A stretch of DNA of 63,980 bases, counting the filler, from Reclinomonas americana ATCC 50394 (lineage: Eukaryota), in the NCBI GenBank assembly GCA_048213135.1. It is 6 parts of 3 records of this genome, joined end to end, with 100 filler letters (N's around TTAATTAATTAA, not from the genome) between each part and the next. Parts side by side here need not be neighbours in the genome. Positions count along the whole stretch, not along the records: positions 20,191 to 49,766 come from PS015097.1; positions 49,867 to 59,508 come from PS015097.1; 4 more parts are not named here. One strand, 5' to 3'. Both the position numbers and the translations under genes were made by a program. Numbering within the stretch: position 1 is the first letter of the stretch; each line of letters opens with the position of its first letter. Positions 40,968-52,900 of this stretch are shown here, piece by piece. The notes below the pieces were generated by a model. The model saw only the letters and a program-made list of their open reading frames with translations, ran no database searches and was not told where the DNA came from.

Positions 40968-40986
40968 GATGGCAGTGTGTGTGTCC

Positions 40987-41028
<42 letters not shown>

Positions 41029-41208
41029 CGAGTGTGTGTGGCGAGTGGACCAATTTTCCGATTGCACGGTGCAGCATTGTCGCGTGATCGACCATATATA
41101 TCGATATGGAGGGCCAGCGCGCGCGCCATCAGTCGGCAACTGTGCACGTGCAGATGACGGCGGGGAGTTGCAACGTCGCCCTCCGATTGAAAGGCAACCC
41201 CAGTTTTT

Positions 41209-41570
41209 ATTCGCGACGTCCTCCTCGTCATCGATATCGTCGTCGTCGACGTCGTCGGGAGCTGCGTTTCACAATGGATCCACCGCACTGCGGACGTTCT
41301 ACGCGCCTCCCCGTCTTCATCCTCTTCGCAGCATTCCGGATCCACGCACACTGCACGCTGCGCTTGCAGTCTTTGCATATATATGCATTTGTCGGCCAGA
41401 TTCTTGTCTTCGCACTCACAGGCTTTGCATCATCGGCTTACAGGCAAGGCAGTATCTGTTGCCGCAGTCGTCACACTCGGTCCAGATCTGCTTGCTGTGC
41501 TTCACGCAGCGCTGATCGATATCGTCACACCGCAGACACGCCCATCAATACATCATGTACAGGAACTCCT
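41209..41570 (-). pseudogene. Degraded 3' fragment of an F-box/CxxC paralogue
   Basis: Matches the copy 1 tail (CKDCKR..., CCEEDEDGE, PxCGGSI) but split across frames, with no F-box portion. Confidence 0.7.
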
Positions 41571-42037
41571 CCGCTGCGATCATAACCCCATTAGTTTCAC
41601 GCAAAAACGTGATATTCGACACACACACACACATGAAAGCACTGCGGTTACACAGTCGCTGCGCTGCGCCAACAGAGTGAACATGTGCATGAGACTCTCC
41701 CTCTCCTGCGTTCTCCTCCAATCGTCCAAAAAGACAACTCATGAACAATTTGCATGCATTTATTGATGCACCCCTCCCCCCCCCCGCACCCGCACACACA
41801 CGCACACACAGGATGGTTTTCACCACGCCGCTGCGTGTTGCTCTTTGTGCGCCGCGATAAAGCAGACAATTGCTTGTTTCGGCCATTGACGCACAAGTCT
41901 TTGTGGACGCGCGACGTATCTGGCATGCACACGTTGTTCGCTGCGCTCACTGTCATCGCGCGCGCTCGATCATCACACACACACTGACTCGTTGGCTGCG
42001 CGCTCACCGCCACCTGACAATGCATTCAGCTCGATAA

Positions 42038-43043
42038 AAAGGGAGGGGATGACACAATCAGTAACAAAAACTCACTGAATGGGTTTCTCAGGCTTCTTGT
42101 GAGAGAAGTCCAATCCATTTCTCACAAGATATTCATGCAAGTCTGCGCGCATCGTGTCAAAGAGTTGAAAAGCTCGTCCATAGAGCTATCGAATGAGCTG
42201 CGCAGCGACGCCAGCAACAAAGCGGAACTTTTGTGGTGCACAAAAGACTTGATTTTCTCGCACCCCCCGACGGCGCGCACACGAAGCCCCGACCTTCCCG
42301 TGCCACACTGCGCGCGTGGCTAGCACCATTCTGTAGCTGGATCGCTGGCGTAGTGCCAGAATTCAGAAAAACAACACGCGACCTGTTGCGTCGACGTCTG
42401 TGGTCGACGCCGCTGTTCGCGCCACGAAATCAGACTGCATTTCCGACGATTTTTGTTGCAAACATTTTTTTCGGGGCCTCCGAAGGGGAACATGCAAGCG
42501 GGTATTCTCCACTCGATGTGCACTCACGCGGTGGTCAGCGGCGGTCGAAAAGTCGAGTGGGTTGGCCGAAAGATTTCAATCGGACACCGCTCCATCAGTG
42601 TGTCAAGGGCTGACATGAGGAAATCGGCTTGGGTGACGGTGTGACACAGCGTGCTCATCGATTGAGGCTCGCCGTTGCATTTTTCTGGATTTTGGCATCA
42701 GGAGAGCCACTCAGCTACACAATGAGCCCCTCCGCGAAGAGCGTGCTGCGTGGGAAGTGCGGGGCTTCGTGTGCGCGCTGAGACGACCATTTTGCCAGTC
42801 ACGAAAAATCGGTGTGGCGCGAGACTTTCTCCTCAGGCACTCAAGCACGCAGCACGTTTCTCACGTCATCTTGAAGCCCTTGCAGCGGCGCATCGAATGG
42901 GCTGCAAAACGACACGCGAGGATGCGTGTGTGAGATGAGAGATGGCGGGAACCTGGTTCGCGCCGAAGTCTGCCATTAGTGTCCGTTTGTAGAAACCATG
43001 TTTTTGTTACTGATGTTTCATTGATGTGTCATCCCCTCCCTTT
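42038..43043. mobile_element. Non-autonomous DNA transposon, 1006 bp, with TIRs and a 9-bp TSD
   Basis: Left end AAAGGGAGGGGATGACACA-ATCAGTAACAAAAAC; right end GTTTTTGTTACTGAT...TGTGTCATCCCCTCCCTTT. Flanked by direct repeat GCTCGATAA at 42029-42037 and 43044-43052. No transposase ORF. Confidence 0.9.
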
Positions 43044-43397
43044 GCTCGATAAGGAAAACGAGGAATTTGAACAACAACACCTCTTTCTTCTCCGGAGAGC
43101 ACGCACTAGTACTATCGCCATAGGACTCCATCTGTTGAGACACGTCAGTTGCGTGCTCCATGTCATGAGAGTCGATGCACATGCATGCATGCACAGTTCA
43201 GTCACCAGCATCTTTCTGTGCGCCCATCTCCATGATAGTCGTGTGCTCTCGTCTTCCCAGTGTTTGTGTATGATTGTGTGCCATTCATGTGTGCGAGTGC
43301 GCGTGTTCATCACTCTCCATTTTGTTTGCATTCTGCATCTTGCGCGCGCGTGTGTGTGTGTGTGTGGTCTAACGGGCCACTTTCCCGCCACAGAGAC

Positions 43398-44238
43398 ATG
43401 TCCCACCACGCCATTGCCGCTCATGATCAGCGCGTTCGCGAGGTACGTTCTGTCTCGCTGCGGTATCTGTGTGCATCATGCATCATGCGAACGCGCTGCG
43501 CGTTGCGCATGCGCGCGTGTTGTGGTATCAAATCTGATTCATGGTTTTATATTCTTTCCTCACTAACCTGCAGGTGCGCGCTCGTCGCTCTCTGTCCGCG
43601 CATGCCTCGGTGGCTATCGTGTTCTGCGTGGTTGCCTGCAGTTGCGCATTCTCTCTCTCTCTCTCTCTCTCTATACTTGTCCGCCTCACCCCCGCATAAA
43701 TTTCCACCACCACTGCAGTCGCTGCCATTGCCGCGGCGGCTTCGTCACCAGTGGAGGTGCACGATCGCAGCACCTCGTTCTCCACTCTTGGTCAGTAGCA
43801 CGGCCTCTGCTGACTGATCATGAGTGACGCCCAATGCTAACTTTCTCTTTTCTTCACTTGTCCTCATCATTAGGCGCGAATCCGCCGACTGCACCAACCA
43901 TCTACCCCGGCACGTTCAAGGTCGGCTCGGTGGCCGGCACTGTCGTCGGCACCATCACGGCGACCGACGCCGACGGCGATGCGCTCACGTACACACTGAG
44001 TGGCACCAACGCCGCCTCGTTCTCTGTCAGCGGCGGCAACAAGTTGGTGGTGGCCACTGGCGTCACGCTCTCGTCAGGCAACAAGGTCATCACGGTGACT
44101 GCGACGGACACCAGCGCGAACGCCACCTCTGCCACCATTACGCTCACTGAAGGTGAACTCATCGTGTTGTGACCGAGTGTGTACGCATGCAAGGCATGCA
44201 CGTATGTCTTCTCTCTCTTCTCTCTCTCTCCCCTCTCT

Positions 44239-44328
<90 letters not shown>

Positions 44329-47300
44329 NNNNNNNNNNNNNNNNNNNNNNNNNNNNNNNNNNNNNNNNNNNNNNNNNNNNNNNNNNNNNNNNNNNNNNNN
44401 NNNNNNNNNNNNNNNNNNNNNNNNNNNNNNNNNNNNNNNNNNNNNNNNNNNNNNNNNNNNNNNNNNNNNNNNNNNNNNNNNNNNNNNNNNNNNNNNNNNN
44501 NNNNNNNNNNNNNNNNNNNNNNNNNNNNNNNNNNNNNNNNNNNNNNNNNNNNNNNNNNNNNNNNNNNNNNNNNNNNNNNNNNNNNNNNNNNNNNNNNNNN
44601 NNNNNNNNNNNNNNNNNNNNNNNNNNNNNNNNNNNNNNNNNNNNNNNNNNNNNNNNNNNNNNNNNNNNNNNNNNNNNNNNNNNNNNNNNNNNNNNNNNNN
44701 NNNNNNNNNNNNNNNNNNNNNNNNNNNNNNNNNNNNNNNNNNNNNNNNNNNNNNNNNNNNNNNNNNNNNNNNNNNNNNNNNNNNNNNNNNNCTTCCTCTT
44801 CTTTGTTGTTGTGCTTTTGCCTCTTCCCCTCTCACTTTCTCCATCTGTCCGTCTGCATGTTTCTGCCTTCTCTCTGCCTTCCTCTCGCCTGCCTCACTGT
44901 CTCTTCCTCTCTGTCTCTCTCTTTCTCTCTCCTTCTTTCTTTTGCCCTTCTCTCTCGCCTGTCTCACTGTCTCTTCCTCTCTGTCTCTTTCTCTCTCTCC
45001 TTCTTTCTTTGCCATTTTCTCTCTCTCGCCCTCTCTTTCGCTCTTTGTCTCTAATTCTATCCCTTTCCCTCGCCCTGCTCCCTCCCTTTCCGCTCTCTCT
45101 CTGCCTTCGACGGACAACTCACACGTCCTGCGCCCCACCACTCTCCCTCTACACTCACAGAGAATGTGCCTCCGACAATCACCGGCTTCACCCCCTCCAC
45201 CAACCCGGTCAAGGTCCCTGTCGCCGGCCTGGCTGCCGGCGTTGCTGTGGGCGCGCTGAACCTCTCCGACGCCAACACCTCGCAAGGGCCGTGGAAGGTG
45301 CAACTCACTGCCGGCTCCGCCAACAACTCGTACTTCCAACTGGAGGGCGCCGACGACAACGGGCAAGTGTCGGTGACCACCATCACTACACCGGTGTCGG
45401 TGAAGGTGGCGACTGGCGGCCTGGCCTGGAACACACTCGTCTCCTCGGCTTCCTTGGCGGTGCGCCTGACCGACTTGACCCCGAGCACCGTGACCCAAAC
45501 GACCATTGTCGGACCGAGCTCGTCGGCCACTCCCTACGTGATCCCGGTGACGGTGGCCAGTCGACCGCTGACCATCGTCAGCTTGCTCACCACCACCAAT
45601 GCCGTGCCGGCGGTTGGCGGCGGCACCTACAACTTTGTCGGTGTTCCCGACGGTCTCGGCGCTCTCGACAACGGCGACGGCACCTTCACTGTGCTGGTGA
45701 ACCACGAGATCAGTAACACGGCAGGTGTCACGCGTGCGCACGGTGCTGTCGGCGCGTTCACCTCCAGATTCGTCATCAGCAAGAGCACGCTGCAAGTGCA
45801 GAGCGGCGAGGACCTGATCAAGAGCATCTACGGGTGGAACACGACGACTCAAGCCTCCAACGCCACCACCTCGACCATCGCTCTCAATCGTCTGTGTTCT
45901 GCCGATCTGTCGCCCGTCTCGGCCTACTACAACTCCGCCACCGGTCTCGGTACCACCGCGCGCATCTTCATGCACGGCGAGGAGGCTGGCACGACGGGCT
46001 CTCTCCTCGGCACCGTGGTCACTGGCGCCGACGCCGGCAAGAGCTACATTCTCGGCAAGTTCAACCTCAGCACCAACGGCTCTGGCCTGACTGGAGTGGG
46101 CGCGTGGGAAAACGCCCTTGCCAATCCGTACATGCAAGACAAGACGATTGTCATTGGCAATCACGACGGTGGCACGGGCATCATGAGCAACTCCATCACG
46201 GTCTACGTCGGCACCAAGACCAACACTGGCTCCGAAGTCAACAAGGCCGGCCTCATGAACGGCATCGCCAAATTTGTCGTTGTCACCGGCAACACGGCGG
46301 AGATCGTCAACACCACGACTCGTGCGACCAACATCACCAACGGCACGCGTTTCAGTTTGAGTGCAACCTCATCGACCACGTTTTCGCGGCCGGAAGACGG
46401 AGCGTGGAACCCGGCCAATCCGAAGCAGTACTACTTTGCCACCACCGATCGAATCGATCAGGTGACGGATGCTGTCGGAAGCCAAGTCGGTAGATCCCGC
46501 CTCTGGCGCCTGACATTCGACGACCTGGCGAATCCAGATGCCGGTGGCACGATTGATATGCTCATCAATGGTACCACTGGCACCAATATGTTGGACAACA
46601 TGGCCGTGATGGCCGACGGCACTCTGCTCCTTCTCGAAGACACCGGCAACGCCGCACACAACAACAAGATGTGGCGCTACGACCCGGCCACCGACACTCT
46701 CACGATGATTGCCAAACATGATCCGGCTCGCTTCGGTGACATTGGTGTGGCGCCGACGTCTCCCTTCAACGTCGACGAGGAGATGTCGGGAGTCATCGAC
46801 GTGTCGGATATTCTGGGAGCGGACGACGGATATCAGTACTTCCTGTTTACCGACCAGGCCCACTACATTATTTCTAACCCCAGCTATGCTGTCGAAGGCG
46901 GCCAGCTGCTGCTTGGCAAGACTCCGAAGACGTCGTCGTCCACGACGACTGGCACGTCCGTGGATGCCACGCTCTCATTCGCCGGTACGTGCTTCTGTTT
47001 TCTGATAATGTTCTAGCGCGAGTGTTCATCATTGTGCACCAGTGAACAACGCCCCGACCGCTCCCACGGTGTCGCCGACTACCTTCCAAGTCGGCGCAGC
47101 TCCAGGGTCTACTGTGGCCACAATTTCCAGCAGTGACCCGGAGAACGACGCCATCACGTTCGCACTCAGTGGCACGGACGCCAACCTGTTCCTGCTTGAT
47201 GTCAATCAAATCAAGGTCGCCAGTTCTGCACTGACCAGCGGCAACAAGAGTATCACCGTCACTGCTAGCACTGCAGGGCAGCAGTCGACAAGTGCCAACA

Positions 47301-48270
47301 TCACGTTGACGGCGACTGGGGGTGGTGGTGGTGAGTATGCGTATTTTTGCTTGGAAGCATTCTTCATCCCACCCACACCTTGCATCGTGCGTGTACAGCC
47401 ACTGGAGGTTCTACTTCCGGCTCCACCTGCTCCGCCACCCCCCATGGGTCGAAGCAAATCTGGTGGTCCGTCGCCTCCAACAGCGACGGCACCAAACTGG
47501 TGGCCGTGGTCGAGTTCGGTCGCATCTACACCTCCACCGACTCGGGCACGACGTGGACGCCCCACGAGTCGGATCGTTACTGGGTCAGCGTGGCCTCCAG
47601 CGCCGATGGCACCAAGTTGGTGGCCTGTGTGTACTGCAACGGCAACATCTACACCTCGGCCGACTCGGGGGCGACGTGGACGGCCCGCGGGCCACTGCAG
47701 GCGTGGTCAGCGGTGGCCTCCAGCGCCGACGGCACGAAGCTGGTGGCTGTAGCCATCAGTGACTACATCTACACCTCCACCGATGCTGGCGCGACCTGGA
47801 CGTCGCACGAGTCGAACCGGCAGTGGGTCGCGGTGGCCTCCAGCGCCGACGGCACCAAGTTGGTGGCGGCGGTGCGCGACGGTGCGATCTACACGTCGGC
47901 CGACGCTGGTGCAACATGGACAGCACGCGACTCCAACCGTCCGTGGGTGGCGGTGGCCTCGAGCAGCAATGGTGTGAAGCTGGTGGCTGTGACTGACGGT
48001 GGCCAGATTTACACCTCGGCTGATGCTGGTGCGACGTGGGTGGCTCGCGAGTCGGCGCGTCAGTGGCGGTCGGTGGCCTCGAGCAGCGATGGCTCCAAGC
48101 TGGTGGCTGTCGCCGGTCAAGACAAGGTGTACACGTCGAGTGACTCGGGCGCGACGTGGACGGCTCGCGACTCGAATCGCAACTGGTTCGCCGTGGCCTC
48201 CAACGCCGACGGCTCCAAGGTGGTGGCGAGTGTGTACGACGGTCGCCTGTACACGCTGGCGGGCTGCTAG
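43398..48270 (+). CDS. Putative secreted/surface mosaic protein: hydrophobic leader, cadherin-like repeats, PhoX-like phosphatase domain, Asp-box/BNR-type propeller
   Basis: Exons 43398-43442, 43574-43640, 43719-43790, 43874-44152, (gap), 45161-46984, 47043-47330, 47399-48270. Cadherin-like VGTITATDADGDALTYTLSG and SDPENDAITFALSG; PhoX-like PDGLG...VNHE, LCSA, GEE, WENA, RPEDG, LDNM, LLEDTG, EMSG; seven ~40-aa WxxVASSADGTKLVA repeats, six with the full IYTSxDxGxTW Asp-box tail. Confidence 0.85.
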
Positions 48271-48464
48271 TTTCGATGCGTCCAGCGGTTTTCGGTGCAA
48301 TGGAGTTACCACGTGATCATGAGGATGGATGGGCACGTGTGTTGCGTTCTCAAGAACGACCAATAATGAAACGAAAATACTTTGTCGTTCGCCATCGTGG
48401 TAAGATGAGATAGAGGTTTCTCTAACCACGCACAGTAACACTGTACTAGCATCCCTCCTGTCTA

Positions 48465-48822
48465 TCCAAAACATCAATACAAACACCAATCTTGAGGCAG
48501 CAGCAGGTTCCTTGTGTGTGTGTGTGTGTGTGTGTGNNNNNNNNNNNNNNNNNNNNTTCGCTCGGAGCTCCGAACAAGTCGAGAACTGCGATCTTCACAC
48601 CGCATAAGCGTGGTTGACCAGTGGATTGCATAAGAAAGACGCACAGCGTTTTCTGCGATTGTTCATGGCACATCGAATTTGGGAAAAGGCCAAATATATG
48701 CATAGCCAGGATTCTAGGAGATCGCAGTTCTCGACTTGTTCGGAGCTCCTAGAGCGAACACACACACACACACAAGGAACCTGCTGCTGCCTCAAGAGTA
48801 GTGTCTGGGTTGATGTTGTGGG
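48465..48822. repeat. Fold-back inverted repeat (~105-130 bp arms, ~124 bp spacer); third diverged arm at ~49029-49165
   Basis: TCTTGAGGCAGCAGCAGGTTCCTT(GT)n..GGAGCTCCGAACAAGTCGAGAACTGCGATCT at 48490-48594 is the reverse complement of 48719-48797; weaker match extends outward. Confidence 0.85.
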
Positions 48823-49403
48823 TACGGTTGAACTTGGTCATCAAGACAGCTGTAGCTTGTTTGTTGGTGAATGAATTTTGTTGTTGAATTTGTTGTTGTT
48901 AGGCAAACCAAGCGACTCCGGGTCCGGGTCCGGGAAGCTTGCGAAGCAGTAGATTTGCCGTGAACGACCGCTGAGCGTCCATACAAGTGCGTCAAATTCA
49001 CTGCGAAGCCACGCTGCTGTGCATGCGCAGATCGCAGTTCTCGATCTTCTTCGAATTCACAGCTCAAAATTCGAACAGAGAACAACCTACCGCTGCCATC
49101 AAGACTGGTGTTTGTGTTAATGTACTGGATATGGTTGGACTGGTGATCATCAAGCCAGGCTGCCTCGTGGACATCAATTGATCAATACTGGATGCCGGAA
49201 TTTTCGCAGCCTCAATCAATCCAATTACGCGACACCATTTTCGGAGCGCATCCACGCAGCGCGACACACACACACACAGGCAAGTAGTTTCTCGTGCCAC
49301 ACAGTGGAGGCTCTTTACCTCACCTGAGAGAAAGAGAGAGAGAGCTCCACACGCAAAAAGAGAGACAAACTTCTCACTCTCTCATTCTCGCACACACACA
49401 GAG

Positions 49404-49570
49404 ATGCATCGCCAACAACAACGCGAGGAAAACGCATGTCGGCGGCCACACAGAGCCACAATAAGGCGACCATATCGTGTGCTGCTGACGATCCTCATTG
49501 CCGCAATGTGCCTCCTAATAAGCATGCGAGTGATGATGGCCAATGCACAGCTGGTCTCCTCGTGGTCAAG
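49404..49570 (+). CDS. Possible first exon with hydrophobic leader (gene runs off scaffold)
   Basis: MHRQQQ...PYRVLLTILIAAMCLLISMRVMMANAQ, followed by a G|GTTTTT donor candidate and microsatellites. Confidence 0.35.
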
Positions 49571-49581
49571 GTTTTTGCGAC

Positions 49582-49629
<48 letters not shown>

Positions 49630-49872
49630 TGTTGTTGTTGTGTGTGTGTCGTCGTCTCTTCTTCGTTGTTGTTGTTGTGTGTTCGCGAGAGTGTCGTCGT
49701 GTGTGTCGTCGTCGTCGTTACGTACGTACGTTTACGGTTTTGGTTGGTACGTACGTCGTCGGTCGGNNNNNNNNNNNNNNNNNNNNNNNNNNNNNNNNNN
49801 NNNNNNNNNNTTAATTAATTAANNNNNNNNNNNNNNNNNNNNNNNNNNNNNNNNNNNNNNNNNNNNACACGC

Positions 49873-49939
<67 letters not shown>

Positions 49940-49950
49940 GTAAGACGCAC

Positions 49951-52900
49951 ATCAACAGGGAACGAAATGGAGACAGCGTCGAGGTCGACGACATCGCCGG
50001 CTTCGCGTTGTTGCAGCTCGTTTTCGTACACATGGAGCTTCTTGGAGGCGGCAAACTCGAACCGCGAGTACTGCAAGCATACGAAACAAGTGAGAGAAGG
50101 AGGCAGTGGTGTTTACCATGCAGAGAGAATGCGCACCCATCGAATGAACCGCGCACGGATTCCAAACTGGGGGATGGCGTACAGCAGGCCAGCGAAAGGC
50201 AACAAAAGAAGTGCCAGCAACGACAGGAAGAATGGCACAATAAGTCTGTATCACACGAACATATCATCAGTTGATCCGCCCACACGAGCACCATAAAAGC
50301 GCCGTTAACTTACCGCTGCGAGCCGGGGTGGAACTTTTCGATTGTCTGCGGCTCAGACGACGAACTGCCGGCACTCTCCGACTCGCCATCCTCACTGGTC
50401 CTGTCGTCGGTCATCGATGTCACCGACCCAGCAAAGCTGGGGATACTTTGCATTGGCTCCGGGGCGTGTGCCGCGGGTCCCGCTCCGAGCAGCCAGCCGA
50501 CCTGTTGTTATGAGATGACGTGCGCGCACGCTGCCTGCTCTTTAATCACGCACACACATACCTTGGTGTAGTTTTGCGCGCCACCACCGCCACCTTGCGG
50601 CATCGGCAGAACGGGCCGGCTGGACTGTCGGGTGACCGGCGGCGGAGCACCGCCACTACCGTCACCAGATCCCGCACCCGCTGATGCATTGCCGCCTCCC
50701 GCCGCAGCTGCGCTGCTCGCCGCCGATGCCACAAGAGCCGACGGGACCGCGGCGTTTGTTGGTGGCGACAGCAGCGACGAGGCGCTGGACGAGTTCATGG
50801 ATCCCGACCGCGACATGCCAGAACTCGCGACGGTAGCCGGAATCGCCATGACGCTCTCGGTAAGGCTCGGTTCCCGCCCGTGGGAGGAGCGGAACGAGGA
50901 ACTGCCGCGAGCAGAGCGATCCAACGAATCGCGTCCACGCGGTGTGAGCTCGGCTTGCGACTCGCTGTTCGAGCCACCAAGAGGTGCACCTGCCGCCGGC
51001 AACGACGGGCGTTTCTGCTTGGGCTTGCCCATGAGTGGGCGCGCCGGGTTGGAAAAGTTCCAGCCCACACGACTGCCCTCGATTAGTGGGGCCTCGCGAC
51101 GCGGCGCCTCAGCAATGCGTGGAGAGGACACTTGACGGGTCACTGTGGCCTCGGCGGCGACTTGTTGCTGCTGCTGCTGTCGCACCGTGTCCGAGGCGGC
51201 CGTCAAGACCACTGGAAAGGGGAAGGGTGAGGGAAGGGGTGGGAGGGAGGAGAGGGAAAGGGATGAGAGGGAGGAGAGGAGAGGGAGGAGAGGAGAGGGA
51301 GGATAGGAGAGGGAGGCGAGGAGAGAAGAGAGGAAGGGGCAAGAGGCAGGAGAAGGAAGAGAGAAGGGAAGGGAGCGAGCGCACGGATTACAAGCTGCAA
51401 CAGATGGCAGAGGGTGAATTGGGGTCAGAATGGGCAGTGCGGGGAGTGGAAGAGAGTGAAAGGGAAGGGGGCAATCCACACCGACTGAGCTCAAACTGAG
51501 GACTGATCATGCCCTCAGGGACAGCGCACAGATTACAAGCTGTCAAGGACGGCAGGAGAAGGGAGAGAGAGTGAGACAGAGAGAGTGGACTACGAGGCAG
51601 TCGGAGGTCGAATCGAAGACAGAGAAAGGATCGTAGGAGGATGCTCGAGAAGAAAAGGGAGAGTGCGATGATTACGGTGCTGTCAGATGGCGACAAGATG
51701 AAACAGAGTAAGACTGTGGTTTGATGTCACTCTGCACGCAACATGAGCGAGCCAGCTCCGCAGCCTCGGCACGCACAGGAGCGGTCTTGGGTTTGCCCCA
51801 CATGGACTCCACCACCGACTGCTTCTCGTCGGGCGGAATCGCAACGTTGGTGTGGCCGCCGGCCTGCTGCCGCAACTTGAGTCCGAATTTCTTCGCCTGC
51901 TCCACCAGAGTCAGCGGTTTGCCGGTCTCTGCATCCTTGGCCGGCGACTCTCCGTCGGAAACCGGCGATGCGGTGGCGGGAGTCTGATTGGTTGAGGTGA
52001 GCGACCTGGCGCAGAACAACAATGAAAGAAAAACTTCGCAAACAACTGCGTACCGCTGGCGTGCCACCGCTGTTGCCGCTGTTCAGTTCGGCAAAGGAAG
52101 GTCGTGCGCGTGGGGCGCCGCCGCTGGAGCCACTGCTAAGTTCAGCAAAGGTCGGTCGTGGGCGTGGACGCGGACTGTTGGTGCCCTCGGCGGCCGGCGC
52201 GGCAGGAGTCGCGGCAGCAGCAGCCGGGGCGGCCTCCTCGCCCGCGGGAGGAGCGAATGTGGGTCGACCGCGTGGTCCACTGGCCGGCGCTGGTGGCTGC
52301 AGGGTCTGCGCGGGAGGAGCACCCTCAGCAGCTGGTGGAGACGCCACTGGTGCGGGAGCGGCCTCGGGTGCAAATGTCGGTCGACCACGCGGTCCGCTGG
52401 TCGGCGCTGGTGGCTGCAGCGTCTGTGATGCGCCGTCACCAGCAGCTGGAGGTGCCAGTGTTGGGCGAGCGCGAGGTCCCGACGGTGCAGGAGGCGCAGC
52501 CTCCTCGCCCGTGGGAGGAGCGAATGTGGGTCGAGCGCGTGGTCCACTGGCCGGCGCTGGTGGCTGCAAGGTCTGCGCGGGAGGAGCACTCTCTGCAGCC
52601 GGTGGAGACGCCACCGGTGCGGGAGCGGCCTCGGGTGCAAATGTCGGTCGACCACGCGGTCCGCTGGTCGGCGCTGGTGGCTGCAGCGTCTGTGATGCGC
52701 CGTCACCAGCAGCTGGAGGTGCCAATGTTGGGCGAGCGCGAGGTCCCGACGGTGCAGGAGGTGCAGCCTCCTCGCCCGCGGGAGGAGCGAGTGTGGGTCG
52801 GCCGCGTGGACCATTGGCCGGCGCTGGTGGCTGCAGGGTCTGTGGGGGAGAAGCAGACTCCGGGGGTGCCAGAGTCGGCCGCGCACGAGGTCCCGATGCT

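Noticed and set aside
44074-46164. 696-aa minus-strand ORF
   Set aside because: Antisense shadow of the GC-rich PhoX exon, extended through microsatellite and Ns.
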